This document shows, one piece after another, positions 41,594-54,774 of a stretch of 64,000 nt of DNA. Both the position numbers and the translations under genes were made by a program. Each line of letters begins with the position of its first letter. The first letter of the stretch is position 1. The stretch comes from the human T2T-CHM13v2.0 reference genome, Homo sapiens. The stretch lies in NCBI RefSeq assembly GCF_009914755.1, contig NC_060929.1. One strand, written 5' to 3'. The notes beneath the pieces were generated by a model, which worked only from the letters and a program-made list of their open reading frames with translations, was not told the DNA's origin and searched no databases.

Positions 41594-42290
41594 CATTATG
41601 AACAATAGTATGAGGTTTCCTACAAGAAATAAAAATAAAATTACCACAGGATTAAAAAATCCCCACTACTGCATATATATCCAAAGAAATGAAATTGGCA
41701 TGTCAAAGAAATATCTCCACTCCCACGTTATTGCAGCTCTATTCACAATAGTCAAGGTGTAAAATCAGTTTAAGTATTCATCAGTGGATGAATAGATAAA
41801 AAGAAATGTGGTGTGTATACACAATGTAATACAATTCAGCCATAAAAAAGAATAAAATCCTGTTATTTATGTGACCTGAATGAACCTAGAGGACATTATG
41901 TTAAGTGAAATAAACCAAGCACAGAAGGACAAATACCACTCATAGGTAGAATCTGAAAAAGCTGATCTTATGGAAATAGGCTGGGGAAGGTGTGGGAGGG
42001 TGAGATTATGGTGAGAGGTTGGTTAATGGTACAAAGTTATAGTTAGGTAGAAGGAATATGTTCCGCTGTTCTATTGCACAGTAGGGTGATTATAATTAAC
42101 AATAATACATTGTATATTTCAAAAGATCTAGAAGAGAGAATTTGGAATGTTCTCACCTAAGAGACAGGTGTTTGAGGTGATGGATATGCTAATTATCCTG
42201 ATTTGATTATTATATAATATACACATATATTGAAACATCACACTGTGTCCCATAAATATCAACAAATATGCAATTAATAACAATAAAATT
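41594..42290 (+). mobile_element. L1MA-like 3' end
   Basis: tgaacctagaggacattatgttaagtgaaataaacc...tttgaggtgatggatatgctaattatcctg. Confidence 0.9.
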
Positions 42291-42329
42291 TTTTAAATCC
42301 AAACTTAATTAAAATAATGCCTTTCTCAC

Positions 42330-42652
42330 TTTTTTTTTTTTTTTTTTGAGACAGGGTCCCTCTGTCACCCAGGCTGGAGTCCAGTGGTGCAATCTTGGCT
42401 CACTACAACCCTAAACTCCTGGGCTCAAGCAAAAAATCCTCGCACTTCAGCCTCCCAAGTAAGCAGGGTTACAAGAACATGCCACCATGACTGGATAATT
42501 TGAAAATGTTTCTTATTTATTTTATTTTGTTTTGTAGAGACAGGGTTTAGCTATGTTGACCAGGTTGGTCTCAAACTCCTGACCTAAAGGGATCCTCCCA
42601 CCTTGGCCTCCCAAAGTGCTAGGATTACAGGGGTGACACACCACACATGGCC
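42330..42652 (-). mobile_element. AluJ, full length
   Basis: polyT-gagacagggtc...ctcctgggctcaagc...ctcccaaagtgctaggattacagg. Confidence 0.95.
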
Positions 42653-42763
42653 ACTTTAATCATTTTTAATAGCAACATTTGTTTACAAAGTAAGTTGGAA
42701 AGTGCTATACTAAAATATATATGCTGAATAAAAATACACATTTACAGACATACATATACATAT

Positions 42764-44742
42764 ACATTGACTCTTGACAACATGGATGTCAATTCTGTAT
42801 GTCTATTTATTTAACTTTCATTTTAAGTTCAGGGGTACATGTGCAGGTTTGTTATACAGGTAAACTCATGGATTAGGGGTATTAAGATTAGCATCCATTA
42901 GTTATTTTTCCTGATCCTCCCCCACCTTCCACCCTCCATCCTCCACCCTCCAATAGACGCCTCTAATAGAAAGCCACTGTGTGTTGCTCCTCTCTATGTG
43001 TCCATGTGTTCTCATCATTTAGCTCGCACTTATAAGTGAGAAGATGCAATATTTGGTTTTCTGTTCCTGTGTCAGTTTGCTAAGAATGATGGCCTCCAGC
43101 TCCATCTGTGTTCCTACAAAGGACATGATCGTGTTCTTTTTATGGCTGCATAGTATTCCATGGTATGTATGTACCACATTTTATTTATCCAGTCTACCAT
43201 TGATGGACATGTAGATTGATTCCATGTCTTTGCTATTGTGAATAGTGCTGCAGTGAACATATGCATGCATGTGTCTTTATGATAGAATGATTTATATTTC
43301 TTTGGGTATCTACTAAGGAATGAAATTGCTAGGTCGAATGGTAGTTTTGTCTTTAGGTCTTCGAGGAATTGCCACACTGTTTTCCACAGTGGTTGAACTG
43401 ACTGACACTCCCACCAACAGTATATAAATGTTCCTTTTTCCCCACAACCTCTCCAGCAGTGGCAGGACAGAGTGCACACATTACACGTGTGCTGGTGGGG
43501 CAAGGAAGGCAAAGCCTACCCAGCTGCTAGCAAAAAGATGTGGGAGGTTGCTGTAGGCCTGGGTGAAGCTACAGTGTGAGGAGGAAGTGGATGGGCTAAC
43601 GTATGGCTGTGGGGGCTGCCCTGCTACAGCTCTATGCTGGTCAGGCACGTCTGCCAGTATAGGGGTTATGATTCAGTCCCCCAGGGCATCTGAGACTACC
43701 GTGGAAGCAAGCAGAAACAGGTTAAGGACCCAGGAGAGGCCAGCAGACCAAGGAATGCTCAGATCAGACCAGCCCTGTCTGATGGGCAAGACTGCCCTGC
43801 AGAGTTTAGGTCTGATAGTTCCCCTAGGGCTAAAGTCTCCTGTGGGAGCAAGTTGAGGCTAGGGAGATAAGCTTCCCTGGTTGTGCTCTGCTATAGAGAC
43901 TCCCACAACAAACACTTTTTGCTTTGCCTCAGCCAGTGTGCTACCATCACCACTTCTCTAAGGACCTCTCCCTGCCAACTGGAGTGTCTGTGGTGGTTGA
44001 GGGGTCTCCTTCAGCCAGGATTCCAGAGGCTAGTGTCAGGAGCCAGTTGCTCCTTGCCAGTTCAACTCACAGGTTCACCAGGAGTCACTGGAAGCAAGGA
44101 AGGAGTCGGGATGTGGATAGCCCTGGGCAGGGTTCCCGCCTTCCTCCCTCTTCAGCCCAGCTTCTGTGTCTTTCCTCCATCAGCTCTCAGTGCCTTCCCT
44201 CTGAAGTTCTTTTATAAGTGTACCAGCCATCTTGATCTGTTATTGGCAGCTATTCCACCTAATATGTATATTTTTAATTGAGCCTCCAAGAGGGTGCAAA
44301 ACCAGATATAGGAGACCCTGATTCAGTCCCCTGTATAGATGAGGAAGCTGAGGTTGTGTGTCCATTTACATGCAGGTTTTTTTCTGCCTCTGCCACCCCT
44401 GAGACAGCAAGACAAACTCTCCTTTTCTTCCACCTTCTCAGCCTACTCAGTGTGAAGATGATGAGGGTGAAGACCTTTATAATGGATCACCTCCACTTGA
44501 TGAATAGTAAATATATTTTCTCTTCTGATTTTCTTAACATTTGAAAAATCTGGCTTACTGTATTATAGGAATACACTATATAATAGAGATAGCATACAAA
44601 ATAAGTGTTGATCAATTTCATTAAAGCTTTTGGCCAACAGTAGGCTATTAGTAGTTATGTTTTTGGTCACTCAAAATTTATATGCAAATTTTCAACTGCA
44701 TGGCTGGAGGGGGTGGTCAATGCCTCTAACCTCTACATCTTT
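42764..44742. mobile_element. Tigger2a (MER28)-like DNA transposon in two pieces (~42764-42808 and ~44353-44742)
   Basis: cattgactcttgacaacatgg TIR-like start; gcctctgccacccctgagacagcaagac...caacagtaggctattagtagtta. Confidence 0.8.
42809..44262 (-). mobile_element. Older L1PA (L1PA13-16-like) with 5'UTR joined directly to the 3' end
   Basis: 3' part 42809-43458 (ttaagttcaggggtacatgtgcagg); 5'UTR part 43459-44260 (cttcagcccagcttctgtgtc...ctctcagtgccttccctctgaag); candidate TSD tatgtctattt/tatgtatattt. Confidence 0.85.
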
Positions 44743-46418
44743 CTGTAATAAAGAATACAGAATGTCAAATATTGGTCTGATTTTCTTTCATGGATCATGA
44801 GTATTATAAGACTCTTTCATAAGAAGGTCATGAGCATGATAAACTTATTTTGGTGTAGCATACAAATTACTTAGAAAACTGAGCCCTTTTTAGAAAACTT
44901 TCATTACTTTACTGACATTAATAGTACTGAGAATACTGGGGCCCTAACATCCATATCCCCAGTTTGAAGCAATGGCTCCATACAGGGAGAGATAAGACAA
45001 GAAGACCTCAGGCTCTTGCCCACCTTTCACTAAACCAAGAATATCCCTCAGAGAGAAGCTTGCCATTGTCTGTGGTTTAGAGATTTTGCCTGGGGGGAGA
45101 AGGAAACCGTAAAACAGATAGTTCTTAATCTTTTCCCCAAAGAACTGACTTTATTTCCAACAAATCTTGGGGAAGTTCAACCTTAATGTACTCTCAAAAA
45201 TAATGAAATTTGTGGGATAAGATAAATAGGAAGAGATTCCAGATACAGGCTAAACTGTAGGCTGGTTAGATTACAGAGGAGAAATAAAACACCATGGAGG
45301 AGCCCTCCAGATGTCAGAAAAAAATGTCAAACACTGACCTCAGAATGTTTTTTTTCAAAGGAGTCAGACTTTGAATAGATTACTTTGTAGAGCAATTTGT
45401 GCCCCAGGACATTTTTGAAAACAATGGAGCAATCAGCTGGCAATTAGTAAAGTTTAATAGCTGGATGTGTCAGAGAAAGTGGAAGAAAGCCTTACAAAAG
45501 CCACTGTCATGCAAGGTGACTGCGAGTGTTCCCAAAGCTGAGTTTCCCTGAGGAGTAACATTAAAAGCTTAACAATTTGAGGGAAAAATGGACTTCACCA
45601 AAATAATTAGGCCAGTCACTAAACACATAAACAAGCCAATAATGATAACATACATTGAGTGAAAGCAGAAGTAACCAGAGTTGCCATATTATCAAAGATA
45701 GCCAGTTTCCAACAGAAATTTTGAGGCATGCAAAAACACCGGAAAGCATGACTTACTCACTAGAAAAAAGCAAGCAACAGAAACAGCCTGTCAAGGCGAC
45801 CAGATGTCATATGTATCAGAAAAAGAATTTAAAGGGGCTATTATAATCATGTTCACAAAATTAAAAAAGAAAACTATTATTAAAGAAAGTTCTGATTACA
45901 ATGATTCATGAATTTGATAATATTAATAAAGAGACAAATGTTGTAAAACAGAACTAAAAGGAAATTTTACAGTTAAAAAGTACAATAACTGAAATGAATA
46001 ATTCTCCAAAACAATTCAAAAAGATATTTCAACTTGCAAAGAAAGAATAATAAAACTCAAAGGCATGTCAATGGCGATTATGCTAAATGAAGAATATAGA
46101 GAAAAATTAATCAAGAAAAATAAAAGAACCTAAGATAAATATAGCCATGGTTGAACACACCATCAGAAGTGTAATGGGACTTCCAGAGAAAGAAAGGAGA
46201 ATGAAAAAAGCAGAATAATATTCAAAGAAGTAATACCTGAAAATATTCCAAATTTATTGGAAAACAGTAAGCTATACACCTAGAAACTCAACAAACTCCT
46301 AGTAGGATCTATGTAAAGACATTCACAAAGAGATACATTACAGTAAAAATATTGAAAGTCAAATACAAGGAGAAAATCTTAAAAGCAGGAAAAGTGACAC
46401 ATTACTTACAAAGGAGCT

Positions 46419-46734
46419 TGCAATAGACTGAATGCTTATGATTCTCAAAAGTTTATATGTTGAAATCCTAACTACCGAGGTGATGGTATTGAGTGATGGG
46501 GTCTTTGGAAGTTTGGAAATTTGGCACTGAATCTGCCAGTATCTTGATCTTAGACAATTTTTTACAATTCTTACAACCATAAGGGTATATACCCCAGACA
46601 ACGAAGCTGATTCAGTATCTCAGTATTGTAAGTATAATTGAGAGTATAATTCTTACAATTGTAAGAACTGTAAACAATAAATTCCTGTTGTGTATGTTAC
46701 TCAGTATTTTGTTACAGCAACCTGAAATAAGATA
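46419..46734 (+). mobile_element. MaLR solo LTR (MLT1A-like), internally deleted
   Basis: tgcaatagactgaatg...tatgttgaaatcctaac; 5-bp TSD gagct. Confidence 0.85.
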
Positions 46735-46762
46735 GAGCTCAAATAATTTTTACAGCTGACAT

Positions 46763-47408
46763 TACTACAGGAGTTATTATGAAATCATTTTTAGGCAGCT
46801 AGAAAGGGGGAAAGTTCTCAGTGGAATTTTCCTTTAATAAAAAGCAGCCTCTAAACTATTTATTCTCTAACAGAAAGCAGCCTGAGAAGTCAGGCATAGA
46901 TATGCAAACTAGGAGCTTTTATATGTAAATGACAGCAGCTGTACCTGGAAGCCATGTACATTCAGTATGGCCTCTCCTGCCCTCTTTTCCTTGTCACCCC
47001 TTTTATGGGTGTCATGGCAGTCTCCAGGTAAAACCACGTGTACGAGTATCAAGGCCACGGCCAGGTGGAAGCCACGTTTGCATAATAAAAGACTAGGATG
47101 GGAGGGCCAGTCTTTTCCTGGGCTATGTGAATGGCACACCTGGTCAAACCAATCCCCTGAGCCCTAGGTAAATCAATCACTTCCTCCTCAAGCCTCCGTA
47201 CAAAACCGATTGTGTTCACTGCAAACAAGACACCCTCTTTTGGGCAACCCGCTTTCTCAGCATGAAGAAGCTTTTTATCTCCCTTTTCTTCTTTTTCTAT
47301 TAAACTTTCCACTCCTAAACCCACTCCTCATGTGTGTCTATCTTCTGAATTCTTTCTTAACTAAGACCCAGAGCCAGGGTATATACCCCAGACAACAGAG
47401 CCATTTCA
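46763..47408 (+). mobile_element. ERV1 solo LTR (LTR9B-like)
   Basis: caggagttattatgaaatcatttttaggcagctagaaagg...gccatttca; 4-bp TSD acat. Confidence 0.8.
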
Positions 47409-47874
47409 ACATCTCAGTATAAACAATTCAGTTCAGAGTAGTATTTTCAAAGTGCTCAAAAATCAAAAACAAAAACAAAGTAAAAAAACTTTCAACCAAG
47501 GATCATACATCCATCGAAGTTCATTTTTCAAAAAGAAAGGTAAAATAAAAACTTTTCAGGATAAACATCAGCTAAGAGACTTTTTTTGCTAGAAGACCCA
47601 CCTTAAAAGAACTGCTAAAACAGTTCTTCAACCTAAGAGGATTTAACTTCAGTCATTTATTTGAATCCACATCAGTAAGAGTAATTACATGATTATATAT
47701 CAGTATGAATGCATATTTTTCCCCTTGTTTCTCATAATCGATTTAAAAAACAATTGCATATGCAATTTAAAAATTGTTAAAGCATATGCAATTGCCCTTC
47801 AAATTAGTTAAGAGAAGCAAGGAGAAAATATTATATATAAAAGTATAGCTGTGACTACAAGATAGAGAAATGTT

Positions 47875-48310
47875 TAAGCCAGGCACAGAAGGAAAAACTT
47901 CATATATTCACAATTATTTGTAGGGGCTAAAAATCAAAATAATTGAACTCACGGATATAGAGAGTAGAAGGATGGTTACCAGAGGCTGAGAAAGTAGTGG
48001 GGAACAGTGGGGAAGGAGTTGGGAATGATTAATGAGTACAAAAAAGTAGTTAGAAAAAGTAAATTAGCCCTAGTATTTGCTAGCACAACAGGGAGACTAT
48101 AGTTGAAAATTAATTACACATTTAAAAATAATTGAAAGGATATAATTGGATTATTGTAATACAAAGGACAAACGCTTCAGGTAATAGATACCCCATTTAC
48201 CCTGATGTGATTATTATGAATTGCATGCCCTTATCAAAATATCTCATGCAAGCCCTAAATATATACACCTGCTATAGACACCCAAAAATAAAAAAATAAA
48301 AAGTTAAAAA
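47875..48310 (+). mobile_element. L1MA1-3-like 3' end
   Basis: taagccaggcacagaag...aattgaactcacgg...ccccatttaccctgatgtgattatt, A-rich tail. Confidence 0.88.
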
Positions 48311-49798
48311 ACATTTAAATGTAATATATATACTAATAACATCATGGAGGAGGTAGAACAAAGCTGTATCATTACAGGTAGTTAAGTAATAATTTAATGT
48401 TGATTCTGATAAATTAGGTTATATATGGTAAACTACAGAGTAACTTCAAACTTTTAACTCAAAAATATAGTGAAAATATAAATGAATTAAAATGCTTAGA
48501 TATCCATTTAATGAAAGATGAGTCAGGGAAAGAGGGATAGAGGAACAAAAAATGCATGAGATATATAGGTAAACAAAAAGCAAAATGACAGACAAATCCA
48601 GGTATATCAATAATAATAATAACAAATGTGAATGGATGATACAATCTAATCAAAAGGTAGAGATAAGATTGGATTAAAATATGTTCTATACAGGAGACAC
48701 AGATGTATATATTAATAAAACAGAAAATAAAAATTGAAATAATCAATAAAGCTAAACGTTTCTCTGAAGAGAACAACAAAATCATCAAATCTTTAGCCAG
48801 ATTAGTCAAGAAAAAGAAAAAGAAAAAGACTTAATTTGACAGACCCAAATTCAAAGATACAACTAGGATAAAAGTAAAAGTATAGAAAATGATATATCAT
48901 GAAACTAGAAACCAAAATAAGCTAGAGTGGCTATATAGATATCAGAGAAAATAGACTTTAGAACAACAAAAAAGTTACTAACTACAAGGAGGGACATTTC
49001 GGAATAATAAAATTGTCAATCTACCAGGATTATAAACATAAATTTATCTAATAAAATAAAAATAGCAGACAATAAAAAATAGAGCATAAATTAATAAAAT
49101 AGAGAATAAAAAATAACAGAAAATCAACATAGCCAAAAATGTTTATCTAAACAACAAAATTGTCAAATTGTTAGCTAGATTAATAAAAATAAAGAAGAGA
49201 GAGAGAATACTTAATTTACTAGAATCAGAAATGAGAGCAGGCACATTACTACCAATCTTACAGAAAGAAAAAGGATTATGAAAGAATACTATGAACAACC
49301 GTATACCCCAAAATTATATAACTTAAATGAAATGGACAAACTCCTAGAAGGGTACAAACGAATGACTAAAACTTACTCAAAAGGAAACACATTATGAACA
49401 GAACCATAACATGCAAAGATTTTGAAGTATTAATTAACAAAATACCCACAAAGGACAGGTCAGTCCCAGAAGTTTACTACTGGATCCCACCAAACATTAA
49501 AAAAAAAAAATACAAATTCTCCACAAACTCTTTCAAAAGATAGAAGAGGATGAACAGTTTCCAATTATTTTTATGAGGCCAGTTTATCCTGATACCAAAA
49601 CCAAATAAAGATATCACAAGAAAAGAAACATACAGACCAATATCTCTTATGAATATGTTTTCTAAAATCCTTAACGAAATAAAACTAAATCAAATACAGC
49701 AACATATAAAAATAATTATATACGATGACCAAATGGGATGTTTCCAGAGATGCAAGGTTAATTCAACATGTGAAATTCAACGAATGTAAAACATCATT

Positions 49799-50957
49799 TG
49801 TTAGAGTAGGTAGATAGCTAGACATGAACATGGGGGAGGCTCCTGAGAAAGGAAAAGCCTGGGAAGGTTCACTACCCACTCCCTAGAGGGGCCAACCAAA
49901 ATTTGCATATTAATAGCATCTCTAATGCTGGAGTGGGTGGGTCTAAGTCAAATGTGGTTAGGAAGAAGAGGAAGTACTTAGGCAGAAAGAAACATCCCAG
50001 AACACCTCTTAAGGTGCCACAATTATCATTCACTCTGCCATTACAATGTCAGAATATCGCTAGCTACATGCACATTCCTAAGAGCAACCTGGCATCATGA
50101 GTACAGATTAGGGCAAATAAGGAAATTCCAAAGAGATATGCAGGCACAATAGGTAAAGATTTGACCACTACACAACCTTCCTGGGGTGGCGGTAATTATT
50201 AGGGCTGCTGTCAGGCAAGACTCGTATTGAATTACCAGTTGTATTAGTCTGTTCTCACACTGCTATAAAGACGTACCCGAGACTGGGTAACTTATAAACA
50301 AAAGAGGTTTAATTGACTCACAGTTCTGCATGGCTGGGGGGGCATCCGGAATCTTACCATCATGGCAGAAGGGGAAGCAGGCACATCTTACATGGTGGCA
50401 GGTGAGAAAGAGCAAGCAAGAACAGGGAAAATTGCCTTATAAAACCATCAGATCTTGCAAGAGCTCATTCATTATCACAAGAACAGCATGGGGAAAACCA
50501 CTGCCATGATCCAGTCACCTTTCATGTGGTCCCTCCCTTGACACGTGGGAATTATGGAGATTACAATTTGAGATGAGATTTTGGTGGGGACACAGAGTCA
50601 AACCTTATCACCAGCCCAAGTATGCACATTAACCAACAGTAAGGGAGGATCCTGCAATCCTATGGGTAGGGAGTAAGGTGGAACTTAAGGCAGGAGTGGG
50701 AACACTAGACAAAGGAAAAAGACGGAGACTTGAGGCAGAGGTGGGGATTGCACAGAACCTTCGGAGCTGTTTTCCCTGCATGATCAACCCACTGCTCCAT
50801 TGGGGCATCCCTCTTTATTAAATTTTTTTTCCTACAATAAGCTCTCTACACTGTATTTCATTTCAATAAAGTTCTCTGCTATGTTTGTACTGTCTCTTGG
50901 TCAAAATTGTTCTTCCAAGTTAGACAAGAACTCGGACATCTGCTCTTTCTGGTAACA
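49799..50957 (+). mobile_element. ERV1 solo LTR (MER50/MER87-like), interrupted at 50240-50610
   Basis: tgttagagtaggtagatagctagacatga...caagaactcggac...tggtaaca; TG..CA ends, aataaa. Confidence 0.7.
50240..50610 (-). mobile_element. MaLR solo LTR (THE1D/MSTA-like)
   Basis: tgtattagtctgttctcacactgct...aaaccttatca; TSD ccagt/ccagc. Confidence 0.92.
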
Positions 50958-51091
50958 ATATCAATAGAGTAAAAATAAATCACATGATTATTTACTTAGA
51001 TGCAGAAAAAGAATTTAATGAAACACAACATCCTCTCATGACATAAACAATTAGGAAAATTGAGATAGAACTTTTTCAACCTGATAAAGGA

Positions 51092-51445
51092 TGATATGGT
51101 TTGGCTGTGTCCTCACTCAAATCTCATCTTAAATTCCCATGTGTTGTGGGAGGGACCCGTTTGGAGGTAATTGAATTATGGGGGTAGGTGTTTCCTGTGC
51201 TGTTCTTGTGATAATGAATAAGTCTCACAAGATCTGATGGTTTTATAAGGGGGAGTTTCCCTGTACAAGCTCTCTCTTTGCCTGCTGCCATCCATGTAAG
51301 AAATGACTTGCTCCTTCCTTGCCTTCTGCCATGATTGTGAGGACTCTCCAGCCACATGGAACTTAAGTCCATTAAACTTCTTTCTTTTGTAAATTGCCCA
51401 GTCTCGGGTATGTCTTTACCAGAAATGTAAAAACGGACTAATACA
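51092..51445 (+). mobile_element. MaLR solo LTR (THE1B/C-like)
   Basis: tgatatggtttggctgtgtcc...ggactaataca; 5-bp TSD aagga. Confidence 0.94.
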
Positions 51446-51555
51446 AAGGATATCTATAAAAAGCCCATAGCTAATAATATCAGACTTAATGGTAAAAAAC
51501 TTAATGATTTTCTTCTAAGATCAGGAACAAGATATAGATGTCTGTTCTTGCCATT

Positions 51556-52017
51556 CCTTTTTAAAATTACACTTTAAGTTCTGGGAGACATGTGCAGAAC
51601 GTGCAGCTTTGTTACATAGGTATACAGGTGCCATGGTGGTTTGCTGCACCCATCAACTCATCATCTACATTAGGAATTTATCCTAAGGCTGTACCTCCCC
51701 TAGACCCCCACCCCAGTGTGGGTCTAGACAGGCCCCAGTGTGTGATATTCCCCTCCCTGTGTCCATATGCTCTCATTGTTCAACTCCTTCTTATGAATGA
51801 GAACTTGCAGTGTTTGGTTTTCTGTTCCTGTGTTAGTTTGCTGAGAGTGATGGTTTCCAGCTTCATCCATGTCCCTGCAAAGGACTTGAGCTCATCCTTT
51901 TTTATGGCTGCATAGTATTTCATGGCATAAATGTGCCATAGTTTCTTTATTCATTCTATCATTGATGGGCAGTTTGGTTGGTTCCAAGTTTTTGCCATCC
52001 TGAATAGTGCTGCAGCA
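51556..52017 (-). mobile_element. L1PA (L1PA7/8-like), 5'-truncated
   Basis: actttaagttctggga..catgtgcagaacgtgcag; perfect 14-bp TSD ctgttcttgccatt. Confidence 0.93.
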
Positions 52018-52742
52018 CTGTTCTTGCCATTTCTATTCAACATCATATTGGCAATTCCAGTCTGAGCATTTAGATGGAAAAGAAAAAAAGAGAATAAAAG
52101 AACTAAAAGGCATCTAGATGTATGACATAAACTTGTAAATAAATAGTAATATGAAATTCAATTAAACAACTATTGGAATAAGTGAAAATTATTTCAATAA
52201 CTACTTTAGTCATTTTAAGATAACTCATTTATCTTGGAAATAAGTGAATTGAGTAAGGTAAAAGGATATAAGATCAAGATACAAAAACCAATTGCATTTC
52301 CATACACATTCTATGAGTAATCTGAAAATAAAATTTTCAAAAACTTTCATTTATGATGGCATTAAAAATATTAGAACACTTACAAATAAACTCAACAAAA
52401 GAGTGCAGAATTTGTACTCTGAAAACTACAAAACATTGTTGAAAGAAATTAAAGAAGATCTAAATAATTAGAAAAACATCTCATGTTCATGGATCAGAAG
52501 ATTAACATTGTTAAGAGGGCAACACTCCTCAAACTGCCCTACAAATTCAGTATCTCTGTTTAATTCTTTGTAGAAATTGATAACCTGGAATTGAAGGAGA
52601 CCCAGAATAGTCAAAACAATCTTGAAAAACAAAAGTTGGAGGACTCACACCTCTCTATTTTAAAGCTTACTTAAAATCAATGTTAATAAGATAGTATAAC
52701 ACTGGAATAAGTATAGACATATAGAGCAATAAAACAATTAGG

Positions 52743-53059
<317 letters not shown>

Positions 53060-53265
53060 AAAACAATTAGGAGTCCAAAAATGAACTCATGTATCTGGTT
53101 AACTAATTTTTGACAAAGGTGCAATTACCATCCAAGTGGGAAAGAATACTCTTTTCACCAATGATGCTGTGATAATTGCATAGATACATGCAAAGAATAA
53201 AGGTAGAGCCTTACTTCATACCTTATAGGAAAAAAAATCAAAATGAATAGAAACCTTAACATAAG

Positions 53266-53842
53266 TGTTGACAGCTGATGTGATACTTTGGTTCTTGTCT
53301 TCTTGGTTTAAAAGAATTTAAACAAGAGACACAGCAAAGGAGGTGTAGCATAGAATAATTTATTGCAAAAAAATAAATAATATTTTGAAAGTTAGGTGCA
53401 GAATAGACAGTACACCATGAGAGAAAATTCAAGATGGGCTGCTTGTAAGGATGAGACAACAAAGACTGGCAGTAGGTAGACTCCCTTCATGGAAGCCTTA
53501 CCTGATTATTCATGAGGAGGTGGAAAGAGGTTACTAGTAAGCATGTTCTGGGTGGTCCTCTGGGTTCCCATGTGCGGTAGCTGTACATGCTTGTTCATAT
53601 GTCACACGTCTCATTAGCATCTTAAATCTCCACCCAAGGGTGTGTTTTCTACTATTGTTATGAACAAAGTGTCAGTTTGAGGACAGGTAAAATCAAAATG
53701 TGCATGCTCTCTAGAAGGTAGCTTAGCTTGACTGAGCTCAATTACAGAGCCGATGCTGAGGCTTATTGTGTTGACTGTATGGTTACCATGGTTGCTGCAT
53801 CCCAAGAACATGGTCACTTCCTGGACTATTCATCCTGCCTCA
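53266..53842 (-). mobile_element. ERV1 (MER4-group) solo LTR
   Basis: TG...CA ends (sense start tgaggcaggatg); 4-bp TSD taag. Confidence 0.8.
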
Positions 53843-54136
53843 TAAGTGCTAAAACTATAAAACTTTTAAAAGAAAACATAGAGATAAAACTTCGTGGCCT
53901 TAGATTTGACAAGAGACTCTTAGATATGACACCAAATGCACAAGCAAAAATAGTAAGTAAAAGGAAAAAATACATTTAAATTAGACTTCATCAAAATTAA
54001 TAATCATTGCATTCTGAGGATATCATCAGGAAAGTAAAAAGACAATCCATAGAATGCAAGAAAAATTACATATTTGATGAGACTTTTATTCAGAATATAT
54101 AAAGATCTCTTTAAATTCAATATTAAAAAGACAAAC

Positions 54137-54774
54137 TGTGGTAGGAGTTATTAAGAAATTATTTTAGGCAGATGGAGAAGAAAAGAGGTCCTTGGAAAGT
54201 TGTTTCTTTTAAAGCAGCTTTAGAAAAGTTTCCTGTCTAGCAGGAAAGCCTCCACTCTTAGAGCCTGGCTGGCAGCTTTTGATATGCAAATGCTAGCCAT
54301 TAGAAACTGGGTCCACAAAACAGGGTGATTCCCGCCCTCTTCTTCCTTGCCCCCACATCTGCCTGGCAGCAAGGTCGCCCTCACATATCCCCATGTGTGT
54401 AGAACATCACGGCACCCTGCATTTGCATATTAAAAGGCTAGGATGGGAGGGCCAGTTTTTTCATGGGCTAGGTGAATAACATGCCTGGTCAAACCAATCC
54501 CCTGAGCCCTATGCAAATTAGACACCGCCTCCTCCAGCCTCCTCATATAACCGGCTGGTATCTGTGCACTTGGGGTCTCCTCTCTCGACTTTGGACCCCT
54601 TTCTCCCTCTATCTCTGTACAGGGGAGCTTGTTTCATCTTTCTTCTCCCTTCTTTCTTGCCTGTTAAACTCTCCGCTCCTTAAAACCACTCCACGTGTCT
54701 CCATGTCATTTTTAATCTAATTCGGCACAAGGACCAAGAACCCTGGTGTTCCTCCATTCATTGCAGCCATATCA
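54137..54774 (+). mobile_element. ERV1 solo LTR (LTR9-like)
   Basis: tgtggtaggagttattaagaaattattttaggcagat...gccatatca; 4-bp TSD aaac. Confidence 0.85.

Noticed and set aside
43563-44281. GC-richer block with overlapping ORFs, possible promoter or exon
   Set aside because: Antisense L1 5'UTR, CpG-depleted; not a CpG island.
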